From assembly GCA_030141605.1 (NCBI GenBank), contig JAQGDQ010000152.1, positions 186,001-250,000 of the forward strand: DNA of 64,000 bases, given 5' to 3'. The translations under genes and the position numbers were made by a program. This stretch comes from Tubiluchus corallicola (lineage: Eukaryota; Animalia; Priapulida). Below the pieces are notes generated by a model, which ran no database searches, had not been told where the DNA came from, and was given only the letters and a program-made list of their open reading frames with translations. Shown piece by piece: positions 12,460 to 25,700 of the stretch; position 1 is the stretch's first letter, and every line of letters starts with the position of its first letter.

Positions 12460-14339
12460 GAGATTCTTTGTGTTATGAATGGATACTGAAGCGTTGTACG
12501 ATGAAAATTTTCAACTCCCTGTCTTGCAAAATTTTCACTAATATTCACCTGTAAATTACTTTTAGGTTATAATTACTTATCACACCTCTGCGTTTCGTAA
12601 GTGTGTGTTAAGCAGAAGGCTTTGGTCTGAGTCTCGGTGGAGCCGATTTTTTTCAAACTTGTTTATTTAGCACTATTTTCATGCCTTGATATGGTTATTT
12701 CTATACTTCCCAATTGACACTAGTACAAATATTGCTAAATTTAACAGCTTTTTAAATAAAACCTAACGTATGTTAACAGCACACGGTCTTGTTTTAAACA
12801 ACGAAACGCCCCACTTACATATATTATCAAAATAATAGCTTATTTATTTACCATTAATTCGTATGTGCAAATACTGCGTTATACTGCGTATAATAATATA
12901 TGAGTAGACCCATTCATTTTAGTAAATAAAATATAAGAAAATACACGCTAACTACGCCAATATTCTTAGAATACGATACAACAAACACCAGGCCAAGACA
13001 TCTGTTATAAAACAAAAATTTTAACAGTTTACTAAACCACAATTAAATGTAAAAGCATATGCTAATTATTTTTTAATATTTATCTATTACTAAATTTCAC
13101 CAACGAACGTTCGCATTATATCACTGAAAATTCCTTTTTTCTGTAAAGTTCATAAGCTGCTGAATATGTAAAATTATAGCGTGGATAAAGTAAGAATAGC
13201 GTACGAACAACTCACAAACGTTACTTACCTTTCAGAACATCAGGCACAGGTATGGATGATCACCTCACATTTTCATCGTTTTACATTTCACCTTTGACGT
13301 GAGGGCAGTTCTAAGAGCAGTTGGCACCCCCTCCTGGTACACCTATTGTTTCAGTCAGTAAACTGACACGCCAGTTGAACTTTGGCGTGGAGCAGGTTTC
13401 GTTTAATGGCTGTAAGGGGGAAGTAGGTATTTATAATAATAATAGGAGGCTCGTGCGCATCCGGTTCGCAAATCGCGGCTCCAATTTTCAGGAATTGTAA
13501 CGGGATTTTTACAAATTTTAGTAAAAATTCCGCTTGTTTTGCGCCAGCTTTTTTCTTACTATGATACACTGCTTTACAAACTTACAATCATAAAAAGACA
13601 AACACGGGCATACCAACCGTATAAAGATAAAAATGACATAATTTTATAATTTGGCGCGAAAACTGGCTGAAGTTAAGCAATGCCGAACCTGGCCAGTGAA
13701 TGAATGGATTGCCGTCAAGAAGTGCTTTTAGACACTTTAACCTGTCACACTGGCTCTTGTCATTTACTTCTTTGTAGTTAAGACATCTCTGCTCGATCAC
13801 TTTAGCTAAATTCTGGTCCCATCACGTTACGTTAAGTGACTAAAACTATGGGTTTGTTTTGTCGATACAAAAATTATGCGTCAACTCTAATTACAGTAGA
13901 GTTTCAATCTTGCTTCACGCCTAAATTTTTGGCAAGACCAAATTGTCTATATTTGTACAGACATAACTTAGCTTATAAGTTAATTTCTTCAGTTACGCTC
14001 ATAGCACTGCAATACATTGTTAATTTGTAATTGTATAACTTGTATTTTGTTGCATTGTGCTAAATGGATAAATAAATAAATAAATATAAACAGGAACGTA
14101 TTCATGCACCTTGTTATAATGACACAACTTTTCTGCAGTCCCAAAGTAGGTGGTATAAAGATCTTTGAATGTGATAAAAATTTAAAGCAATTTTACACAT
14201 GGGCCTACAGGACGTGCAACTCTAATTCTTCTTGCTTATAAAGATTTATAATATATGCACGCTGTTATATCATAATCATTATAGCAGTATTTTTTCTTGT
14301 TGTAGTATCTCATAAATGGTATTTGTTGCATTTAAAAAA

Positions 14340-14495
14340 TTACTTATTTACTTGCTTTCTTACTTATTAACGTACTTACTTGTTTAACTACTTATTTACT
14401 TACTTATTTACTCACGTATTTACATACTTACTTACGTATTTGCCTACTTACTTATTTATTTACTTACGTATTTACCTACTTACTTATTTACTTAC
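14340..14495. repeat. (TACT/TATT)n tetranucleotide low-complexity tract
   Basis: Seen directly. Confidence 0.85.
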
Positions 14496-16089
14496 AATTC
14501 CCAAATCCATCGATCCAAAACAATATAAAACTTTGCAGAATGAATGATACGAAACTGCGAATTCTAAACTACGCAAAACATTTGTTCATAAAATAACTGA
14601 AATTTTTTTACGTTTTATTATTATTATTAATTTCTAAACTATTATTTAAATTCTAATCCACATGAAGCCTTTTTTATACAGTTAGTTATTCGGTAACCTT
14701 GAATCCAGCATTCACCAGCAGAATCTACGTATTGTGTTAATAGTTGTAGCGGGACTAGTTCCTTATCTAGGTGAATCTTCCAACATGAGGCACTGGACCA
14801 TCCGGGGTATCTCAAGATGTGCATATAACGTCATTCAATAATAAAGTTAATACCCACATGACCACGGCAAATAATACCGCCCCGAAGAGCATTGAATCCA
14901 TCCATTGACTGACCAGGCTCACCGTCGCTTAACTTTCATTGAGCCTATACAGGTACACATTAAGTACTCGTCTGTTGGTGTCTCTTTAGTTCCCTACGTA
15001 TGAGTGATCTAAAAAACGACTTGTTCCAAGTTGCATTTGAAAATAATGATATAGCATCATGTAGGTCATCACTTTTGATTTGAAGCACATTTAAACATAG
15101 ACATAAACTGACACTTTTTTTTAAAAATAATCAATTCAGAAACTGTTATGTAATTACAGTTCGGCTCGTGAGATGATGTGCTCATTCGGTATTATCTTGT
15201 CAGTAAAGTTAATTTATGAAAACATTTATGCATTACGTCCGCTGACGAGGGGATGTTTACCCAGACGATTGTTCAACATTCTCTCAAACGATCTCTCAAA
15301 TTACCACCCAGGTTAAACAGTTCGTGTCACTGAACAAAGACAATTCTATTGTCATCACCGATCATGTAATTATCCGTGATTAGTAGGGCAGTACACGTGG
15401 GGGAGACGGTGGGCGGATTTTCACTACTACTCCTAGCGAACTACAGGTAAAAAAAGTACAACGCTTAAACCTAGCAGCAATTGTAAGCTATACTAGCAAT
15501 TTATGTACCTTTTTCTACGTGTATATCACATTAATAGCGAGCCATTATTTGACAGGGTCCTACGATGGTCTGTATACTTTTCCCCGGCCTATAAATTATA
15601 ACTCAATTGACCACGTGGGTTTAGTTTGCCCACCTAATTCGCCATTTCCGATTCGAGTTCTAGGAAATGCGTCTTTCTGCCAGTATTTCTGACATCAAAT
15701 AAATGACCCAGTTACCAACGCAAGGAACACCGCAGCCCGCCCACCCCTTCATTTGAGACCATGCAATGCAAATGAATGTAATTAAGAATTAATGACACAG
15801 GTGACTGACAAAATTGACATCAACACTAGTTAGATCAACATTTTATAAAGATCAGGCATTCGTACACATGAAAAAAAAACATACTCAGATTTTGGTGTTT
15901 ATAAAAAGTGGACGGTATATTATTGCATAATCATTAAAAATGTTGAAAGTTTTGCCTGGAAATCGTGAAAATCATACAGTACAAACGTGTACACACATGA
16001 TGTGCATTATAAAAGCGTGAGCTATTCAACAACAATGAATACATCATCACATTCATATTATTATTATTGTTACGTTAATGTACAAATCA

Positions 16090-16550
16090 TTATTATTGAT
16101 GTTACGAACTCATAATTAATAAAATTTTCATACCAAACTTGAAAGATAGGAACTGTAAAAAAAATTTGGAATATAGCCTGTATCCGAACTGGAAACCTTC
16201 TGCTTAAACTGCAGATGCCTTAACCATTTCGCCACTATATATAGTTCGTCTCTTATAGCTGACCGACCAAATTCAGGATATGTAATGGTTCATACTAGAG
16301 TGACTGTAATTAATCATATTGTATTATTTTTTATTAATTTTGAGTCTGAAATTTCCATTGGTAAATTAGAAATGTTGGCTTTGATTGACCAGCTATAGGG
16401 GTTGATGTGACCGCTGAGAGTGCCCAAGGCACTTGTAATGTAATCATAAGGTCTGCGGTTCAAATCCAGGTTGTATTAGAATTTTTTCACATTTCTAGAT
16501 TTCCAAGTTTGGAGAGAATTTACTTAGTTGTGAGTTCCTACCATCATTAA
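16090..16550. mobile_element. Imperfect palindrome whose two arms each contain a tRNA-like (Pol III A/B-box) head
   Basis: Left arm on minus reads TAGTGGCGAAATGGTTAAGGC...AGTTCGGATAC...TTTCAAGTTTGG...TGAGTTCGTAAC; right arm on plus reads ..CCAAGGCAC...GGTTCAAATCC...TTCCAAGTTTGG...TGAGTTCCTACC. Confidence 0.55.
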
Positions 16551-16573
16551 GAGCATCACATTATTATCACTAA

Positions 16574-17321
16574 CAGGGCTGTGGAGTCAAAGTCGGGGAG
16601 CGGTGGAGTCAGAGTGGGCAGTAAATTTATTGCTATAACGGAGACGGAGTGGTTAAAAATCAATGTTTTGGACAGTGGCGGCTCTTGAATGCAGCACCCT
16701 CTTGTATTCACTCATTATTATCAATAATGTTCAATATACCAGAGCACGTGAGGGAAGTACAATTTGCTTCACAGCTTCCGCAACGTGTTTGGCTGTTGTG
16801 CGCATGCGGCCATGCGCACATGTCTGAGATAAGACGCTGTGCTCTACGTAGAGGCCTACTGTCGCTCACTGTAGTACGTGTTGTTTAAAAGCTGTGTATC
16901 GCGGCATATTCTTGAACTGCGACGATTTAGGCTATTCGTTAGAAAACAATATTTTTGTTTAGGAGTTTATCAAGGTTATGTTTAAATTAGTTTGATCACT
17001 TAGAAATTGAGCATAAGAAATAGCCTAATGATTCACTTAGTAGCGATGAAATGCCAACTTAGCTAAATATTGAGTGCTACAAACTATTATATAAAACCAA
17101 GGAGTTGGAGTTGTGGTCCTAAAATTCTAGGAGTCGGAGTTGAACCTTCTAACATTCTGAGTTGGACCTTGTAAAATTTTTGGAGTTGGACCTAATATTT
17201 TTGGAGTTGGACCTTCTAAAATTTTTGGAGTCAAAGTTGGATCTTTTAAAATTTTAGGAGTCGAAATTGGGTCTTCTAAGAGTCCAAGTCGGGAGTTTAA
17301 TGTACCGACTCCATAGCCCTG
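16574..17321. mobile_element. hAT-type MITE with internal GGAGT(T/C)GG sub-repeats
   Basis: TIRs CAGGGCTGTGGAGTC / GACTCCATAGCCCTG; 8-bp TSD ATCACTAA / ATCACTAG. Confidence 0.85.
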
Positions 17322-19719
17322 ATCACTAGTAAGATTAACACAGGAAACTTGGCAAGTTCTTCAATACGGGAGTCTAAAAGCGACCTGATAAGTAGCTGTT
17401 TACAGAGTATATCCCTGTCAAACCAACATACATGTATTTCATTTAAGAAATGCGTATTCATTAGGTTTTCATTACCACTTGAAATTAGCATTGTTTAAGT
17501 TATGAATACACATAATCCAGATGTGTAACAAATGCAAACCGAAAGCTTCAAATGTTGCAAGAAAACAAAACTTTAACTTGTCCTACAACAAAACCTACAC
17601 TATACAACTTATGTAGCTAAACAATTTTTAAAACTAATGACACCATACATGCAGTAACATGATAAAAAGCGATGTTATGCTTAGTAGCGTTGGCCAAACT
17701 AAATAAACATGAATGTACGGTATAACAAAAACTTAAAACTAGGAAGCCTGTGCATTTAATTTCTATGTTAACTAAAAACATAACATTTGTCAACATTAAC
17801 AAAAGGACTATCAACAATGACCAAACTACAACATAGGTAACCATTAGATTAAACTTAAATGCTCAACTGTGTAAATTGTACTTCAGAAAATTATGTAACA
17901 GAAAGAGTTACAAAAAACAATTTTGATTTAAAACACAATTAAATGCAAAATTTAAAACACAATTAAATGTAACACATTTATGCATTTAATTTTACAGCAC
18001 ACAATGCACAAATTCGATTAACTATGGATAAGTGCTTGCAGGTGTATATATTACAACTGCAGGAATACATCGTCACTCATTATGAAGTAAAAGTTGACTT
18101 GCTATAAACACTGTAAAAATTTAAGTAAGACATTGAGTTATTTGCTATGCACGAATCATGTTTAAATTTTAACAACAGGACACAGCAAATCTGTGATAAT
18201 ATGAGGTATATGAGCAACTTTATCACTATGGCAGCAGTAACAAATAACAGTAAGATTTATTCGTCATCGTCATGCTTAGCTGACGTCTGTAGTCAATGGT
18301 TCAACAAAGGCAGGCAATTTAATCACGTTTGGACGGAATGTCAAAAAAGTGTGTAATTATTACTGTAGCACTTTGTGATAACGCAACTTGATAAATTGAA
18401 TATACAGGTTAACGAACAGCGAGAAGTTATTGGTAAGCGACATTTTACCGCACCTGATAAAATGGCACGTACAGTAGGTGCCGTTAATAGACTCAGTCGC
18501 TTAATTGACTCAAAAGCGCCTGGAACGGGCCGTTCCTATTCAAATGTACATAAAAACTATCGGTAATTAGCTCAAATAACTCTGCATAATCCACTCAAAA
18601 TTTTTCCTTCACATACTTAAAATGAGAAATTTGTATGTGTCCAAAAAACCTTTCAAACTTTTATGTCATCTTTACTTCACTTTTGTGCACTATAATATAT
18701 GTAGAAACAATCATGTTAAGTACCGTTTTGTTTATAAGCAGGTACGTTTATCATGCGCTAATACGATAGTTTAGCGGTTTTTCTTTGAATCTGTTACCCG
18801 CTCGTGCACTGCAATTAACCTCGTTACCCAAAAATTTTCTGGAAGCTAAACATTTAATCACTTGCTTAGCGGTTTACTTTTGAAGCTCTCTGTTAAGGCC
18901 ACATCGCAAATAACTGATGATGAAATCGTCACCATTGCAAGGGGGAGTCAATAACAACCTACAAAGGACGACGAAACCACTAGCAAGGGAACAAGGCACA
19001 CTACCAACTGCACCTCAAGCACGCCAAGTGCTAAACGTTTTACGAGAATACGTGCATCACACAAAAACAGATTTTCAAGACTTTTATAATTATGCGAACT
19101 TACTTTGCAGGAAACGAAGCAGCCTACTTTGAAGGAATTTTTGTAATTATTGCAAATAAACAGACTTGGGTGATTTAGAAAATTATTCTTTTTAATTTAT
19201 TGTTAATTCACTTAAATAAATTAGTATTTTTTAAAACTTTTTAACTGCACAAAGGAATTTAGGCATTACTTCGTTTCTAAAGTTCAATAAAAACCTTTGC
19301 AGTGCATAGTATGCTGATGACTCATACTTCTATACCTGTAATACTACACAAATCTGTTAATAGGTTCACTCGGTTAATTGGGTCAAAACACTTCAGTCCC
19401 AAAATGAGTCTATTAAGCGGCGCCTACTATATCAACCAGTTGAGCAAATGTTCATCTATTTTTGATTTCTTTTACCATAAATACTGCAATGATCTTTGAC
19501 AATGACATAATAACTAACTTGTGTTGAACATTCAAATATTCACTTCACTGCCAGACTTCTTAGCACAAAAGTTCGTTAATGCAAATTTCAAACATGAAGT
19601 TCAAAATTTCACGATGAAAAGTATCCTATTGGTCCCGCAAATCATTTTCCACTTAAATTAGTGAAAAACGTACCGGATAATTAAACTTGACTTCAGCGAA
19701 AAACCGACTGTCTAACTAA

Positions 19720-22700
19720 TCACTGTTGTTTGACTGTTTGCAAGCTTGTCTCTTTCGCTTGATGATGCAAAGCAGGATGTAGTAGCAGCTCTTGAGCAGT
19801 GAATCGCTCTTTGGGACTCAGGTTAAGGCATTTCAGAGCCAAATCCTGCAGAAGTGGAGACATTCCACAAGGAAGTGGAGGTGGACCGTTGGCATTTCCA
19901 ATCTGCAACCAGAAAAAAAATCATATGAATTCAGCAGTATTATAATTTACAGTGATACAATAGTCTACCAACCTGTCAGGTCCAGCACTATGAAATGCGG
20001 GGGTCCCAGTGACACAACGGTCTGCCAAACTGTCAGGTCCAGCACTACGAAATACGGGGTCCCAGTAACACAACGGTCTGCCTAACTGTCAGGTCCAGCA
20101 CTATGAAACGTGGGGGTCCGAGTGACACAACGGTCTACCAAACTGTCAGGGCCAGCACTAGGAAATACGAAGTCCAAGTGACACAACAGTCTACCAAACT
20201 GTCAGGGCCAGCATTATGAAACGCGGGGGTCCCAGTGACAATGGTCTACCAACCTGTCAGGTCCAGCACTAAAAATGTGGGGTATCAGTGACACATCGGT
20301 CTACCAAACTGTCATGTCCGGCACTAGGAAATACGGGGTCCGAGTGACACAACAGTCTACCAAACAGTCAGGGCCAGCACTATGAAACGCGGGGATCCCA
20401 GTGACACAACGGTCTACCAAACTGTTCGGTCCAGCCCTAGGAAATACAAGGTCCAATTAAAACTACCCTACAAAAGCCAAAGCATGTTTCATGCTTTGTG
20501 TATCAGTCAAAAAGCTTGCTCCACCATTGACCATAGTGATATTACCAAAAATTGAAAGCCCATTTGAAAATTTTAATCTTTGGTCATGTAGTGCTCGCCA
20601 ATTACCTTTTCTTAAAAGGGAAAATGTCGACGATAAACTGAAATTACAAAACAAATAAACAAACGATCAGCAAAAAAGCACCAAAACACAGATATACAAG
20701 GACAGACTGAATAATTTCACTGCCTTCACAGTATCAAGAAACTTTGTGCACCCTGGACACTCAGTAATATATCATAGCGTCCTCCGCCCCATTGTGTGGG
20801 TGGGCCAGTATGAACAAATCTGTCTTTAAACCGGGGACCTGCAAACTCTCAGCAGCTTCCTGATAAAAAACTTTCACATAAAACAAGCGTATATTTGAGT
20901 TCAAAATAGTTTGCCAGTGAGTTTGCTTTAAAACTGTCATGAATTTCAAGCTGAAAATAAGAATAATCGAAGCTACGGCAATTCCATGTCAAGTGATACA
21001 ATTCAAAGTGCTGAACTAGACGCTCTTGAAAATGTGTTTTTCCCAAATTTAGCAAACCTGACTGAAATTTAACATAAAAATTCAATAATTTGGTTGATCG
21101 AAATTGATTTGTATGATTGAATATTGAATATGTAAACAACTAGCATAGCAAATGAACTGAATCTACAGCTGCACAAAGCACAATTGCTACAGCGGTGAAC
21201 TTAGAAATCACCAAAAAGTTTACTGATACTGGTATGAACGTGCTATTAGACTGAAAACTGTAGGCACGAGATCAAAAGTTTATATTTAACGACAGTTACG
21301 TAATTAATAAAATAATTATTAAAAATAACTAAAAAATAACTAATAAAACATCTCAATGAACTTGCAAACAAGAAGTGGGGGCAGCATGTTAACAAGAGAC
21401 ACAAGAGAAAAAAACAAGTTCCAGTTTTACTAATGTTTACGTCACAATGAAGTTATACCATTTCAATTCACTTTCACCAAACAGCCAATTAGGAGTAAAG
21501 AACAAACTACTATTCACATTAAATTTATCAGGAATAAAAGCATAAGGCTTCACTGAGAAACTGACTGACCTACTAAACTAACAATGATCTCTCGCAAGCT
21601 CAGGAAATTAGTCTACTGGGCGACCACGAAGAAAACTGCCAGTGTCAATATTTAATTATAAATAATACATGTCATACCTTCCACCAAAGTTGGAAATGGT
21701 TAGAACAACTAGTGGCGCCCCATGGTGGTTCACCGCTGCACATCTCTATTACACAGCAGCCAGTGCTCCAGATGTCACAGCTCCTACCGTAGCTCTCACC
21801 GCGCAAAACCTATCAGGAAAATTTCGTAAAGGATTTAATTCCAACACTTTGGTCAATAATTTACATTTAGCTCAGGCATAAGTTGTTTGTTGGTTGCATT
21901 TTGAAGTTTTACAGCATCCCATTTTTAATATCAGTTTAATTCACAACAGTTTAGTTCCAGGATTTACTCCTGAAATACAAATGAACTCTTTCAAAAAAAA
22001 CTTCCGTCACACATTAATATAACATGTTATTAGTTTTATTGCCATAGTATAGTCAGCATATCACACAAACAAATAATAATCATTATATCAAGCAAATGAT
22101 AACTGATAAAAACTTAAATTTGCACTGAGCAAGACTAACCTATCTGCGACACTGTAGCTGTCACCAAATGCAACATAGTAATAGATTGGTGAATACAGTT
22201 TTACTAGCATAGTGGTGATTACTTATTGTCGTGTATTGACAACAGCGACAACATCAATTCTGGTTTCGATTCATAATAACCATCTCACCTCTGGAGCAGT
22301 GAATGCCCACGTGCCAACCGTCTGCTTTTCAAACTCCCGTGACTGTGTAACAGTAGCCATTAGATGGGCGGCCACTCCAAAATCACCAATCTTTAAAACA
22401 TGCCCGGTACTATCGACCAATAAATTTGCACCTGCCACATAAAAAAACAGGAGGGTAAAGAAGCTTTTTGACCTAGAAAAACATTAAAAATGCAAAGAAT
22501 TGACAAAACACTTAACATGCACGTCATTACACAAAAACAAAGAATCACAATTACTCTTACCCTTTAAATCTCTGTGCAAGAGCTGATTATCATGCAGGTA
22601 AGCAAGACCCAAGAGAATTTGCTGAGTGTAGTTATAGATAACGGTCTCAGTAAAAGGCCCATATTCAGCCAATAAACAAGCCACAGAGCCACCTAGCGAA

Positions 22701-25700
22701 GACAAAATCAATGAAAGCTGCAGATTTTTTTAATTCAACGCAGCCAAAAATTATACAGAAAAACATGAAAAACAGATATATCACTTTTACAAAAGTTAAA
22801 GAAATACAGTTTTTGAAATGCTCTAATTGTTGTTGTGCAATGTGAACCATTATTCAGTATATGTTACAGACTTACAACATCACACATAGACAGTACAATG
22901 TTTGCACTATTAGTTATAACAAATTTACTACATATGGAATTAAAAAAAAATCATATTACATGCCTCAGGTACTAACTATTTTGCTTAGCATGTTGCAACA
23001 GTGAAAGTGATCTTTTCACTACACAATAAGGTTAGGAATCATTTCAGATATGAAAACAATCTATATTCAAAGAGCAGGCTAACGTAAAAGGGATTCAAAA
23101 TCAAAAAACAAGGCTGTGCAGTTAGACAACTGGCGGTTTCTAGTAATGTAAAATATTAATGTAATTACAAAATTACAATACTTTCAAGTGGTAGTATAAA
23201 ATCATTATTATATTTGTTACAATTTCAATATGTACATTTCAGTCACTTGACTATTAGTATGATTGCGACATCTAGGTTTGTATCATCAGATATTTTATTA
23301 CTAATATTACTACTAGAGCATTTCTGGCATGAAAATACAGAAGAGTTATTTAGGCCACCATACTGAATTATGATGTGGCACCATCTATGGCCAAATTTAC
23401 TAAACAAAGACACTTAATCAAAGTTTTAATATTTTACCTGCCATCCACTCCACAAACAGATTCACGTGAGACAAGTGTTGCGTTGCACCGAGAATGCGCA
23501 CCACGTGAGGGTGCTGCAGTTGCACCATAGTTTTCACTTCAAACTGTATGGCATTAACAGCTTTCTCTTGTTCATGAGCAGAATCCCGAGAAAAAGATAG
23601 CTGAAGCAGGAATTATAAAGAGTTAAAATAGACTACACTAATTATGTTATACATGTTTCAAATGAAAGTGAATTTACTCTGTCAGACAGATCAATGATCT
23701 CAGAACAGATATTAGTTGCAGTTTCTTTTTAGTAATTCATCTTTGAATTGAACCACTTTCTTATAATGGAGGAAATTTTTTAGCATTTAGTTGTGGAATA
23801 GGCAAGCCGCTCAGCTAGTAGTGGTTCGACAGCTTGGGAAGGATAGGCTTGCGCCAACAGTAATGGCAATTATATCATAAAATTCTGAACTTTGCCTCTG
23901 ACATCTTTTCAATATTTTTATCCACGGTACAGCTGTAAGGAGTTTCACTTTCACTGGAGCAGCAGGTTTGAGGCAGGGATGAGAATGACAAATTGCAAAA
24001 AACTCTGAAACAGGCCGGGGGTTTGGGGGCCGCATAGGCCCCCATGGGGGTTCAAGGGGGCGAAGCAACAAATAGCAATTTTGTGACCATAGAGAGCCTC
24101 TAGGTGGACTTAAAATATCAATTACCTTGTTTCATGCATAATTTAAAATATCCAACTATCAAGGATACATGATACCTAATTTTCTCAAAAATGTCTAAAT
24201 ACTGGCCGCTATAGAGATATACACGTGGTTACACTGTGAAATAATGTACTGGGTCCGTAAAAATTTTCTCAACGAATTTGCGTGATTTACAAAAATGGCA
24301 CTACTGGTCTTCCGAAAACTCGGAATTCCTGGTTTGAGGTAGAAGATTTTGAAGTCAGAAAAGTGCTAATTTGGGAAGTTTTTCAACCATTGCTAGGCAA
24401 CTGCCGACACCATGGCAACCAAGCTTTTACTGGACGACTAGAGCATAGACCTCACATGCTGTGAAAGTCTGGTTGGAAATGTTTTAGCTATCCAAAATGT
24501 GAAAGTCATGCTTTGAAGTTGTAGATCACTCACTTTGTTATGATGAGTTTAGGCACAGAAGTATGAACAAGAATGACAAATCTATAATACATATTTGCAC
24601 GACGTAAAACAGAAAAGTGCTTATTAAACTACAGACATGAGAGTAGAATGTCCTGCACTGAACACTGAGAGTTAGAGTGAGAGTAACATGAGTAGCACGA
24701 CTGCTGCACTGCACTGAGAGTGAGAGTGACTAGAAAGTAAAACCAGTCAGTATATATAGGTATAGGTGTCCTATGCAGACTTGTACAGGCTTCACAAAAA
24801 CCATTACTTTAAAATAGGGAGAGATCCAGTGAATGCACCGTACAATTATACTGGGGGTAAGTAGCTGGGAGAAGGTAACAGGATTAGTTCATAGATGGCA
24901 GCACCTAATTAAAATGTACAATTACAACTTCCACACAAAACATAAGAGTCAACTGACAGACGTAAATACAGACAAACAGGCGCGAATGAGAATTTGGATC
25001 AAATAAGTTGAGACATCATACAAAAATGAAAATTTATCCAAGGGAAGAAATACTGAACACGAAATTTAGAAAAAAAATGCACCCGTTTAACAGCCATGAG
25101 CATTCCCGTCCGAACATCTCTAGCCTTGTAACAACTGCTGTACGATCCGGTTCCTAATCGAACACCTCTCATCCAGTGTACTCCCTCCATGTATGAAATA
25201 GTACAGTCACAATCATCGTGCTGTAATAACATAAATGCATTTTAGAAAATGTGTTTCATGCACTAAGAAAAGCTGTGTGGCAAATGCACTTTCGAGAGAA
25301 ATATAAGTTTTCCAAGCTGGGCAAAGAAAATATAGTACATTTGTACCCATCCATGAGTATAATGATAGCTGTTTCTGATGAAATAGTCTGCCTATGATAG
25401 TGGTTATTGTTGTTTATTGTTATGGTGGCTGTGACTCGTGAAGACTGAATGTGGAACAGCCACAATGGGCATGGCAAACTATCAAGATCTTGTTTAGCAA
25501 ACTACAAGTTTATTAAATATCAAGTACAAACACGGCAAACATAAGAGGATAGCAATGCCAACCCGCCGTCCTCAAGTCAGCTCCTGATCTCACGATGTGT
25601 GGCCCTCAAAATCCTTTTGTCTAACTACCTAATGCGCCCTGAGCTGCTGTGCATAAAGGTTACATCATCAATCTTTACTTCTGACTCAGCCGGTCGAACA

